A model generated the notes under the pieces. That model worked only from the letters and a program-made list of their open reading frames with translations, did no database searches and was not told the origin of the DNA. Both the position numbers and the translations under genes were made by a program. DNA of 64,000 bases from Takakia lepidozioides (lineage: Eukaryota; Plantae; Bryophyta): the NCBI GenBank assembly GCA_030704615.1, contig CM060733.1, positions 18,972,001 to 19,036,000 on the forward strand, given 5' to 3'. Shown here one piece after another: positions 13,030-24,470 of this stretch. Position 1 is the stretch's first letter. Each line of letters opens with the position of its first letter.

Positions 13030-14080
13030 TCGGTTGAAATTTTTTGGCAGTGACTTCCATGGGGGCGGGAGATTAGCTCCTCCAAGGAAGCCGTAGATAA
13101 TAGGCGTGATTTTAACCACTGCCAGGCTGCGTCTGAATGCATTATCCAGTGTCCATCCGCGTAGCTTTAGTTCGCAAAAGATCGGAGATATAGGCATCTC
13201 GTTGCCAAATTCATTAGATGTTCATCTTCAAAATTCGAGGAAGGGCAGAAGAATGGGGGGGGGGCTTCCCTGTTCCCGAGGCAGTAGGATGAGACGGGCC
13301 GCGGAGGCGGTGATGAAACTGAAGAAGACCCTGTTCGTTTGCGTTTGGCGTTACGCTCAATCGAGAGAGTAGGCAGAGAGACAGCTACAGTGCTCGCATC
13401 CCGAGAGTGTGAAGGAGAAGCCGGGAGCACCGGCGCACTACAGGTCTCCGCCTGGGCCACCAAAGCCGGGGGCACCTCAGTCTGCCCCTTTGCATCAGAT
13501 TTGACTCTATAGGGGCAATCGGCCTTCACATGACCTTCTCCATTGCATTCAAAACAAATGATACTGAGCAATTCCTCTTTGATTTGTACTGAAATAAAGG
13601 ATCCATCCAGCATTGGCGATTTAATCGTGCTTCCAATCGTAGTTGTCTCTGGCATGAGTGCCACGATTTTAAGAACGCCACTATCCTTTCCAGAGTCGAA
13701 AAGAGAGGGGTCCTGGTCCACACTCAAAATCGCATCGTCGATCGGGTCAAAAACATTCAGGCTCCCTATGTATGAACTAAAGTGAGCTCCAATATTTGGG
13801 AGCGAGGCTAGGTAGTTGTCCGATAGGTAGGGGAGGGCGATGATTCTAGGTTTGCAGGTGGCGCTGTCTTTGTGGCCCATGCAGGAGACCACGGAAAGAT
13901 ATGCACTTTGAGCCACGATTTCCTTGTGATAAACGCTAGTGCACGGTCGATATCCTCTTTGGACCCAAATTTCACAGTGTAGAAGCCGCGAGCCCATTGA
14001 GTGACAGAAATGATGAATCAACCCGCCTTCTACTCCCAGATGCTCAATGATCCATTTCCTTGCCCCGTCCTTGTCCCTAC
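13030..14080 (-). mobile_element. LINE ORF1-like remnant with CCHC zinc knuckle
   Basis: ORF 13167-14021 contains CFECNGEGHVKADC (CX2CX4HX4C) after an IALPYL..LPNIGAHF segment; same strand as the adjacent LINE. Confidence 0.6.
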
Positions 14081-16772
14081 TAGGCCTCCCTGGAAATGAA
14101 CCAATATACTAGTTATGTTGCATCATTTTTGAAGAGTGAGCTCTTAGACATTCCAAATTCAGAGAGATTACATCCTGAGTGTCAGCATTGGGGGCCACCG
14201 ATTCGTCCCATGGAACTAAGTCCAGGCATGGAGAGGCTCATGCGGCTTCAGGGCCCTTACCAAGAATGGAAGCGATTGGAGTGGAGGAGGAGCTGCGGAG
14301 AACCCAATTACCCCTTCCTCTAGAACTGGTCCCAGGTCCTGACCTCTTTTTGCAAGAGGGAGCACCTCTAGAAGCCAGGGAAGAATAAACCTCACAACGT
14401 AGGAAATGACCACACAAGGAGGGAGAAAGAAGGCACATGAGGAGAAGAGGTCAAGGTATCACCTTATATGGGGAGCCAAGAGATAACTTCCCACCTCTGA
14501 AACCTTCTGATAGTTGATACCGGAGATCAAAGAGAGCCGAGCCACAATCAATAAAGGAAGTTGATCAAAGCTCCAGGGAGAAAAAGCGAGCAGGCCCTTG
14601 AAGGAAGAGCCGTAAAAAAATAATTGAAGAACGAGCGAAGGAAGGGATGCGGCGAGAATCGAAGTGCGCAGCGGAACTGACAAGCTCGACAACTGAGACC
14701 TGCAGGAATTTAAGGGAGGAGGGGAGCCTGACAGGAAGCGAAGCGGTAGAAGAGGAGGAGGTGAAGAAGCTAGAGAGCAGCAGAATCTGTGGGGTTAGAC
14801 CTGGAAGCAATGCCGAGCGCAGCAGACTGTCTGCTCTGACTTAGTAGCCAGGGGGAGGTGGGTTTGTATTAGATGGCAGCACTGCAGTACTGTAGAGCAA
14901 CGAGAGAGAGTGTGGAGAGAGAGTAATGAGCCGTCGATAGAAGGTGGCTGGGGAGGGGCGGTGACACAAGGGGCCCTGTAAATGTTCCATCATGGACCAG
15001 AATGTAAAATCAAAGATTTTAACCTGTCCCTTTAGATACCTTTTGGGAAAATTTGGTGTATGTGGAAAAACAAATGGTATTCATACATCTCCAAAGGAGC
15101 ATGTGATTCCCAACTGTGAAAACTACACAATATCCTACTCTGCCTTCAAGAGGTAAACTTTGAGTTGTTGGAAAATCAATTTTATTCACACTTAGCATTA
15201 ATTTCACATTAATTACAGCATTAATTTCACGGAATTAAGGACTACTGAAGTACTTAATTATGGGAAGGAAATCCAAATATTTTCAAAACATCGAAATATG
15301 TTCACTGCCGTTTTTTTTTTTTATCCACTTTTCCATGAACATTTCGATATGAAACGTTCGTTCGACATGAACGTTCATTCCACAGAGCTTCCATCCACCA
15401 GCTTAGGCATCAGCTCTTTCTCGTATGAGCCATGTCCAAGGGCACCAAAACCCCCAATACCCCTGCAAGCATGAAGACATTGAAGACCACAAAATTGAGA
15501 ACACAACCACTCTAAACCTTATAAGAACTACATATGCCTATGCCTGTGTGCAATACACTCATAGACGATTATGTATAAAGTTGGCTATGGTCTCAATTTG
15601 CAACATAAGATTTCAGGTAATACTCCATGATCCTTCCACCATGTTTGAACACTGTAAATACGGGTGCCTGTTTCCAAATCTAGCACCACATTGTAGAATA
15701 CATGAAATTGGAATCAGTCTAGGAGAATTGTTTGGGATAGATAAGTAGGTCCTACAGGTGGCTATGGTCGTGGTGATTCATGCTTACTCTGTCACTTCAT
15801 TTACCTTGGGATGAGTAGTAGGAGTACCTTTTGCTGCTAATTGATCTCATTGGATGCTTTCGCTGCATTCTCAGGTCTTGTACAGGGAAACACAATTTGT
15901 AGAAAAGGGCGATTATGGCAGAAGTGACTGAATATGAGTTGCTGAGGATCCAAAATATGAAGAGGAACAATGAGCGCATGCTCGAGTTGGGGCTACAACC
16001 TTTACAAATTCATGGTGAATAACCTGAGCCCCCACAGAAGATAGTCGCCAAGGGTTCTTCCACAAGAAAATTGAAGAAGACCAGAACATCCCCAAGAGAA
16101 CCTAGGGCTGATGCGAGAAATGGTCTGGAAAAGACGCCATCTCTTTTGGAGGTTCATGTGGTAACTAACAAGTGTGGCAAGTGTGGTGAGGAATTTCCTT
16201 TAGAGAAAGCAAGGTTCTGTACAGATTGTGGAGCACCTAGGGGTGATAGCAAAATTGAGCCTCTTGTGAAGGTAGTAACCCTATCTACCAAGGCAGAGGG
16301 ATGCATGAGAACCTTGTATGAACGTGTATTCAAGAAACCACCTCAACATTCAAAAGGGGGAGAGGTGAAGTGGGGTAGAGACTTCCTTAGGGATAATCAC
16401 CCTTTACAGTAGAGAGTATATAATCAGAATGTGAAGATGGTGAGGTCTTGGTTTTCAAACCAAGAAGACCCTGAAAATCAGAACTCTTCTGACTTGCAAC
16501 TTGAGGAACTCTAAAGAGATGGTAGACAAGGTTAAGGACTTCATTAAAGCGCGAGAGCCATCCTTGAGTGCTTTACTCTTCATTGAAAATGGTAGCACTA
16601 CTTGCATGCGCTGGCAAGTAGAGGATATCTACCAATGGTTCAAGGAATTCAAACATTACTTGGCCAACAAGGAGCATAAATAGAGTCCAAAACTGCCAGA
16701 CCAAAGGTAAACCCTTTTGTATTTTAATTCTGTCTGATTTTCAGAAGACTTGTGATGGACGTTCAGATTCCA

Positions 16773-17465
16773 GAGTGATGTGCCTTACGTCTCATGTCAT
16801 TGGTTTATGTGGAAATGGATAGGGGTGACACACAGGTGCAAGCACCCTCTCCAATGATGGAGCTAGCAGAACATGATGTCATGGAACATACTAAGCAACC
16901 TGATCCAGTCAAGCGGCCGTCTCTGAAAGCGTGGAGCCTCACAAGTTTTTCTTCCAACCTAAACACTTTCTGTACATTACTTTCACTTGTTCTTTTGTAG
17001 TAAAGAATATAAATAGGATGGGCTCAAAGTTTGTTGTATAGCTGAATGAAAGTACAACAATAGAAGTCTGAAATGTGAAGTTTACAGTGATGTGCCTTGC
17101 ATCTCATGTCATTGGTTTATGTGGAAAGGGATGGGGGCGACACACAGGTGCAAGCACCCTCTCCAATGATGGAGCTAGCAGAACATGATGTCATGGAACA
17201 TACAGAACAACCTGATCCAGTGCAAAGCGGCCTTCTCTGAAAGCGTGGAGCCTCACAAGTTTTTCTTCCAACCTAAACACTTTCTGTACATTTTCACTTG
17301 TTCTTTTGTAGTAAAGAATATAAATATGATGGGCTCAAAGTTTGTTGTATAGCTGAATGAAAGTACAACAATAGAAGTCTGAAATGTGAAGTTTACAGTG
17401 ATGTGCCTGGCATCTCATGTCAGTGGTTTATGTGGAAAGGGATGAGGACGATACACATGTGCAAG
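16773..17465. repeat. Tandem repeat, ~311-bp unit, ~2.2 copies
   Basis: AGTGATGTGCCT..TCTCATGTCATTGGTTTATGTGGAAA recurs at ~16774, 17086, 17397. Confidence 0.9.
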
Positions 17466-18610
17466 CAAGCTTAAAGAGGAAGAGGAAAATTCCTGGTACA
17501 GACCTTCGGACTCATTTCAAAAAGCCTATAAAGAGGTAAGCAATCTTTGTATATCTGAATCCTGTTGTAAAGCTGATTATGCATGTGACGTTGTTTGGTT
17601 CTTGAAGTTTATTTGTGTTAAATGGTGTACTATGTTTGGGAAGGGTGTTGATGGATAGACAGATTGAAGTTGTACCAGTTGTGAAAGTCTAGAAAATCTT
17701 GTCTATAAATTCTCTGTCCGCGAGCCCAACGCATCTGAAGGTTATGCAAAAAACGAATGGAAAGGGTGGTGTCGACCATGATCGTCTTGTGGATGCAGCG
17801 CTTGATGGTAGCCTCATTGCAGTTTTTCAGGTATGCATCTCTCTCAGTATTAACCATTTGTAGTTGTATATTTCCAGAGTGTTAGTTTGATGAGTAGTAT
17901 GATAGAAATGAGGGATTTGAAGCAATGCATTTGTAACTGTGCAGGGAGTCCAGGTTGAGAAACTAGCAGAGAATGCCAAAAAGACCATTGCCATGGTGGT
18001 CATGGGGCTGGATAACAAACATGATGTGCTTGCCAAAGTGTCTATGTATGCTGCCAAGAAGTTCCCAGAACTTTGCATCCCCATCAAAAAACGAGAGGTT
18101 GATGCAAAGAGGAGGCTGAAGCATTTGGATTTGGTGGTAGTATGGGCACTTAGAGAATTCAAGATTGGCATCATCAATCCTCCTCCTATTAGCAACGGGC
18201 TGCAACATTTGTACTTAGATAACATCAAGAAATTGGCATAAGTTAGGATGCATGTGATTCAATGATGGACATCCTTTGGGAGCATTACAACCATGTAGCT
18301 GCAGTCAGTGGTAGCTTTAGAGCCCAGTAGCTCCAATTTTGATCATCCTTCCAATTCTGATCATCCTTTGAGCCTTGTTAGGAGTGTACAGTTTACTTTG
18401 AAGGCATATATTGTTTTGAAGGGAGCACGACATTGATACTTAGAATCTCACAATGTGGGATATATTCCCCGATGAAAAGTAGAACTAGAAACTCAGGTTG
18501 CAGAGGGCAATACTTATGGATTTACCTTTGGATTGCCAATTTTGCCATGTGACACTATGGGGTGCATTCCGTGATTACAAGTGAAAATGAAAAGAGTGAA
18601 ACATTTGATG

Positions 18611-18942
18611 TTTCTGACATTCTAAAATGGTTGCTTTTACCATGATTGAATCATTTGCAGTTTCTCACATTCTAAAATGGTTGTTATTACCAGGATTGAA
18701 TCATTTGCAGTTTCTCACATTCTAAAATGGTTGTTATTACCAGGATTGAATAATTTGCAGTTTCTCACATTCTAAAATGGTTGTTATTACCAGGATTGAA
18801 TCATTTGCAGTTTCTGACATTCTAAAATGATTGCTTTTGCCATGATTGAATCATTTGCAGTTTTTCACATTCTAAAATGGTTGTTTTTACCAGGATTGAA
18901 TCATTTGAAGTTTCTCACATTTTAAAATGGTCATTTTTACCG
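18611..18942. repeat. Minisatellite, 50-bp unit, ~6.6 copies
   Basis: TTTCTCACATTCTAAAATGGTTGTTATTACCAGGATTGAATCATTTGCAG at exact 50-bp spacing (18611, 18661, 18711, 18761, 18811, 18861, 18911). Confidence 0.95.
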
Positions 18943-20250
18943 TGTTGAAGGTGGCTGAGGAATTCCATCAGGGAGAGTCCCATTATTCACGGATGGAGGG
19001 ATTTCCCAGATAAGTTTAGTAAAGTATGCATCCAGACAGGTAAAATCTCATCTTTTTCCATATGGGAATGCATTATATGCCCCTTGTGTGACGGCGCAGG
19101 ACACATGCAAATAGAATGTATTAGTCCAACAAAGCAGGGTTAATCAACCCTTAGTTTCAGTGATGAGTGTACGTGCGGAACAAGGACTTGTTGCACTTAG
19201 AGAGAGGAAGCGTGGGGTTGGAGGGGGAAGGAGGCCAGATTGAGACGAGACGGCAGACTTAGAAAAAAACTAAGTCCCAACGCGCCTCTCACCATAGAAT
19301 GCGGAGCTCCCATTCTGGAGTCCTTCCGACTTCGGTTGTTGTTTTGTTTTACTACACCAAAATTCGAAGTCCCGGAGAAAATAGTCATACTTGGATGCCC
19401 ATCTTCATACACATATGGAATTACATGAGAAATACATGGTCATGCACTAAAATAACATGAGCTTTCATGCACATTTCTTGCATGGAAACACATCTTTAGA
19501 GGTCATAAATGCATAACTCATGCGAATATGGCTATATACCGTACCTGCCTACGCTATCCGATGATAATTAAATCCGAAAACAGACTATCGGAAAAATTTA
19601 ACTATAATCCTTCCAGTGCTGCTGAATGTCACGCATTTTTTACCTTGGTCAGTCCAACCGTATCCTTGAATGCTACCATTGCGCAAGCCATGTACAAAAG
19701 GAAGTTTGGTCCTCTTTATTATTTATCATAATCACTGCCGGAACTTCAGAAATTCCAAAAAGCCTGCTGAACCCTTTCTTCAAGAAAAATTAATTAGTCC
19801 GGCAATGCCTTGACAAATAGCATGGGCAAACACGGCATATACATGTACGTATATGATAATATGACCTTAGTACCCGAATTAGAATTGTTTCGAAGTAACA
19901 AAACAAAACATTACTTAACTTCAATGTCACCTCCAGCCCCACGGAAACAAATGTTCGAACATGTGATCTCCACGTTGTAGTGAGCTTGTCCCAGCCATTC
20001 TTTTAGTGGCCAAATTTCGACCTCAAAAAATAAAATGGAATATTTTGTCACAAATCCTGGTTTTTCATGGATGAAATCATAGATGAATTTGCCAAATATG
20101 AATGATATCAATGTATGAAAGTACAGAGGAGGATGATTCTATCCAAATTTAAATGGATGAACAGAATATTCACTATATATTTCTTCCTCCCGAAATGAGC
20201 TCCTTCCCGACACAAACATTCCGGGGGTTGTTGCCTTCTGTTGCAAAACT

Positions 20251-21908
20251 CAGTAGCCAGGGGGTTGGTATCCTATGAGCATAACGTGTGCATCCGTGTT
20301 GGGCGGATATAGAGTGATCCGGATATCAATCCGGATACCAGTGTATCCGGATCCGGCAGCCATTTGATATCCGGCTATTATTTATATCCGGTGGATACAT
20401 AAACAGAGGATCCGGATAGGATCCTACCCACCGGATATAAAAAAGATTAATAACAGGATTGTATCCGGATATGTCGCAAAAATACCAGATCTCAACTGGA
20501 TATAAGAAATATTAATAAAATATTCATAGAAAATAAAACAATAATATAATATTATAATTGATTAAATTAAAAATTTAAAAGATATTATTTTTATGATTCA
20601 TATATCCGGATTACTCTATAACCGCCAGATATTATAATCTGAATATCCGGACTTATTTATATCCGGCAGATTTCAAAAAACTTCTACTATGCATAACCGG
20701 CGGATATTAAAAATGCAGATTATTCTAATATCCGGATCTGCAAGGTATATCATTATCTAATTTGTCAAGTATCCGGACCCGGCGGATATAAAAAAAAGCT
20801 AAGAACCGCCCAACTGGTGTGCATGCTCACAGGGGGTTGGTATCCTATGAGCAGAGTGTGAGTATGCTCATGTGAGCACGGCGTGAGCACAACCCGCGGT
20901 CATAGGGGTTAAATGTGTTCAAACTGCGGTCATAGGAATTACATGTTAAGAGGCACGGTGCATATGAGTACCTTCAGATTTATTTTCTCAGTGCGAAAAT
21001 AACTTTTCTAGGGCTTAAACTGCCGATATCCGGACTGAAAACCACGATTTTTGTTTTTTGGGGGTTTTATGGGGTATCTAGTTCGCATAGCGTGAGGAAA
21101 CCCCACGCCTATAGGGTAACATGTTTATCGTGTATAGGTATTGTTTGTTTCTTAAGTGATGCTGTGAGGGACTATGTGAGCAGTTAAAAAACATTCCGCA
21201 AAGTTTTTAGTTTCGCTGGAGAATATTCAAAAGGCATCTAAAGAATATCCTTAATATTCGATTGTGATTGTGCTCACGTGGGCATGCTCACGCGCTACAT
21301 GCCTATGTGAGCACAACCCACGGTCATAGGAGTTATATGTTTTCAGAACGTAATAAAACCATAGGCGGGTATAGAGGACTGCTGCATTTGTACAACACAT
21401 TTGTGTCAATTCAGCAAGGCGAAACCTTTAGTAGTGTAGCCAAAAACCCTAAACCTGTAGTGGCGGCAATGAATTTCGCATTGATAAATACTTTGGTGAT
21501 ATGGGCACAAACCAAGCAGCGGTGAATTTTGCATTGAATTTTGCAGCGGTGAATTTCGCACTGAGAAATACTTGGTGATATGGGCATAAACTAAGCAAAC
21601 AATGGGTTTTGCATTGAGAAATCAGGTCACCCAAAAATCCTACATCCAAAAAGAATGGGTGGGGGCTTGAAAAGTGACCTATTCATCCTTTTAGCCACAA
21701 TGTGATTGCTTCTCAGGTAAAATTTCACAGTGCGAAATTATGCATGGGAATTTTTTCTTAAATTTTTTTTTTCAGCAATGGAAAGGACCTTAAAGTTGAG
21801 GTGAAGCCTCACCGCCCACTCTCTCGCCTCTTTCCCCGGAAATTCGGGGAATATGCCCTTGTGCTCCTGCGAGCATGCTCACTCGCTACCCAACCTCACT
21901 AGCCACTA
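20251..21908. mobile_element. Older host DNA element into which the 20294 MITE inserted
   Basis: Degenerate inverted ends CAGTAGCCAGGGGGTTGGTA and TACCCAACCTCACTAGCCACTA; repeated GTGAGCA/TGCTCAC motifs; no TSD found. Confidence 0.35.
20294..20816. mobile_element. Non-autonomous hAT element (MITE), CAGTGTTG-type TIR, 8-bp TSD GTGTGCAT
   Basis: gtgtgcat|CCGTGTTGGGCGG ... CCGCCCAACTG|gtgtgcat; many internal ATCCGG/CCGGAT subterminal motifs. Confidence 0.8.
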
Positions 21909-22351
21909 GTGCTATTTTTCAAAAAAATTTAAAATAAACCGCTGACTTGTCCTCATCAAAACCAACTACCACGCACCCAATCCCGTTACCCCACGTAAAA
22001 CTGTTACCTATAAAACCCCCCCAGTTCCAACATCAAATCATTGAAAATCCATCAAATCACAATGCTGCGTGACGCGTTTACACACAACTTTAGACACAAT
22101 TGGATGTAGAATCATGGATGGATGATTGAATAGATGAGTGTACTCACGTGAATTGGTCAGTGTAGTTCTAACCAATTAAAAATTTATAACTAACTCATAA
22201 TTATTCCAAAAATTAAGAAACAAAAAAAAAAAAAAAAAAAAAAAAAAAAACAACTTGGGATGGGTTCCAAATTACGTTGCCCATACTGGAAAAATAATCC
22301 CTTTAAAAAAATGTTTTAAGTTCATGTTTTTTTAAAAAAAGGGTTTATGTT

Positions 22352-22581
22352 TTTTTTTTAAAAAAAAAAACCTGGGAGCGACTGCTCACAATTCAGGCCA
22401 TTGAGGAGGGGAAAAAACTAACCCCCTTTCAGATAATCCATGAGGCACACAGGTGGGAAACATCAGCACCAGACCAACCGGTCACGAACAATCCACACAC
22501 CAGGCAGGCAGCGGGTTCGAACGCTGAACCACCAGGGCGACACACTGTGCACTTACCAGCTGAGCTACCAGCCGATGTGCA
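22352..22581 (-). mobile_element. tRNA-derived SINE, family A, copy 1
   Basis: Minus strand: A box TAGCTCAGCTGG, B box GTTCGAACC, ~150-bp body, T11 run then A tail; flanked by the direct repeat GTTTATGTT (22343-22351 and 22582-22590). Confidence 0.8.
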
Positions 22582-24470
22582 GTTTATGTTAATTGTTAAC
22601 GTGTGCGTGTTAAGGCTTAAGCGTGTATTTTATTCGAGCGATTTTGGTGATTTAATAGACGGAATCCTGTAAGAGTGTAGGTAGTTCAGGCCACGTGTGT
22701 AGAGGGTGGGGCCCGCAAGCTGGATCGATTCACCAAACTTATTGCTGTTCCTTCAACACAGGCTTTCGAGAGCGCCTGCATTTATGTGGGATGGTGTCTC
22801 ACTCTACACGTGAATCATGCTTGCACACTTCCCAGTAACGCAAGTGTCCTGGAGACTTTAATTCTCTATCAGATTCTGTCAGCTCCTCTTGTCAGTCATC
22901 TTTGTGGGAGTTCAAGGTCTGAGGTCTCCTCAAGTCAAGTGGAATCAATTCCGTACACGTTATGATATCCTGCTCAAGGTCTTATTAAGTCCTGACTCCT
23001 AATTAGATCTCATCAGCTTGATAATCTCAAGTTTCAAATGGAGAAAGTTTGTGAGAATTCCAGACCAGGTGATTCGTGACTGTTGTGATATCCTTTCCAA
23101 TATGTGATATGTTTGTTTGGATGTGTTAATCGAAGTAGAAGGTGGGAGAATCATAGCTGGTGAGCATTTGAAATTAAATGCTCGGATTTGCATGCAATAA
23201 CGTATAGAAGTGAGCGGCATGTTGAGAGGTTTTATGCAGCCGTTCCACAGTGGGAGGGTACTCACAGACATGGATCCATTGCAAGGTAGCTCCTGGTACT
23301 GAAACCTGTGGCACTGTCAAGAACATTCGATACGTTGCTGCAAGCTTCGGTGAAGATTTCCGATGGCCCTCAAACTTGCACAAATCACCCACGACAAACA
23401 AGCAGCGCGGCATCGTACCATCGTCATCCTTGTCAAATCAGTTCCATCTTTGTCAAAGCAGCTCAAGAGAATGTCCGCAAGATGCCAGACAGGACCAACT
23501 GATTGGGGACTAAGTTACTGAAAATGCAATGATTTGGAATGCGCCACAATTCAATTGGTCACAAACCAAAAATGCACAATTCAATTGAACTGCCAACAAC
23601 AACACCTTGAACTCAACGCTAGTTTGCAATTCAATTGGATTGTCTGGAAGTGTGCAATTCTATTGAGTTGTAAGTATATATTATAAATTCATTAATGTAT
23701 ATTAGATGTATGACCAATGTCACACCTATACATTTTGGGGCCAATGGGGACAAGGCCCAAAGCACCGGCAGGTGGGCTGCCTGCGAAATTGGCCCGACAT
23801 GGTACATCGTTTTCTCAAACCCCATTGGTGGACTTCGAACTGGACGATTTTCTTTTCTTGGACAATGGGGACATGCTTTCAGACATGCATATAAAATTGG
23901 ACCAGATTTAACACACACATAAAGAGAAGACTACAGCCAGAACTGGCGTATAACTACGAGCCACTTCACCATGCCGTTACTGCCCCTTTTAGGGGTGGGC
24001 CCTCGCACATACTCATATGTATATATATGAGATACAAGTTCCAACTTGGCCAGATAACTTACAGTTTGTGCTGTTGGAACCCAAAATAAAGACCTTTTGT
24101 AGCAATTCTCTGCTAAGCGAAGATGTTGTGATGTTTCGATCAGCAACTTGAGCCAAATTTGATTGGGTGATTAGTCTAGACTCTAAACTCTAAACAGTAT
24201 TTGAGTTGAATCTGCAGCCAGCCTGCGTGAGCGTAGATTCTGGTCCAAGAGAGTGGGAAGGTCGGAAAGGAAATCCAGAGACTTGTGTGGTCCCAGCAAA
24301 CCAAAGAAAGCGGGAAAGGGGGTGAAGTGTGCTGCAAACGAGTAACCTACTGTACACGGCTTCTGCGTGGGAGGACTGAATGATTCCCAGTTTGAGACTA
24401 GTGTGAGAGAAAGAAGACAGAATCGATTACGTTTGGAGAGGAAGAGGGAGTTTTTTCAGGTGGGGGAACA

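Larger units (their letters stand above)
16071..19120 (+). pseudogene. Fragmented, probably TE-associated gene with zinc ribbon and zinc knuckle
   Basis: CGKC..RFCTDCG at ~16170-16235; CPLCDGAGHMQIEC at ~19078-19119; intervening ORF pieces are broken by stops and tandem repeats. It is not certain the pieces belong to one gene. Confidence 0.3.

Noticed and set aside
12110-13030. AT-rich block with an A26 run as a defined MITE or retrocopy
   Set aside because: No convincing TIR or TSD found
22510-22575. Functional tRNA gene (also 56780-56845 and 30870-30930)
   Set aside because: No convincing full cloverleaf; for the family A copies the attached shared body, tail and TSD indicate SINE heads
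22800-23520. Possible pseudogene (coding-like composition, stop-interrupted frame)
   Set aside because: No recognisable domain; cannot be supported without a search
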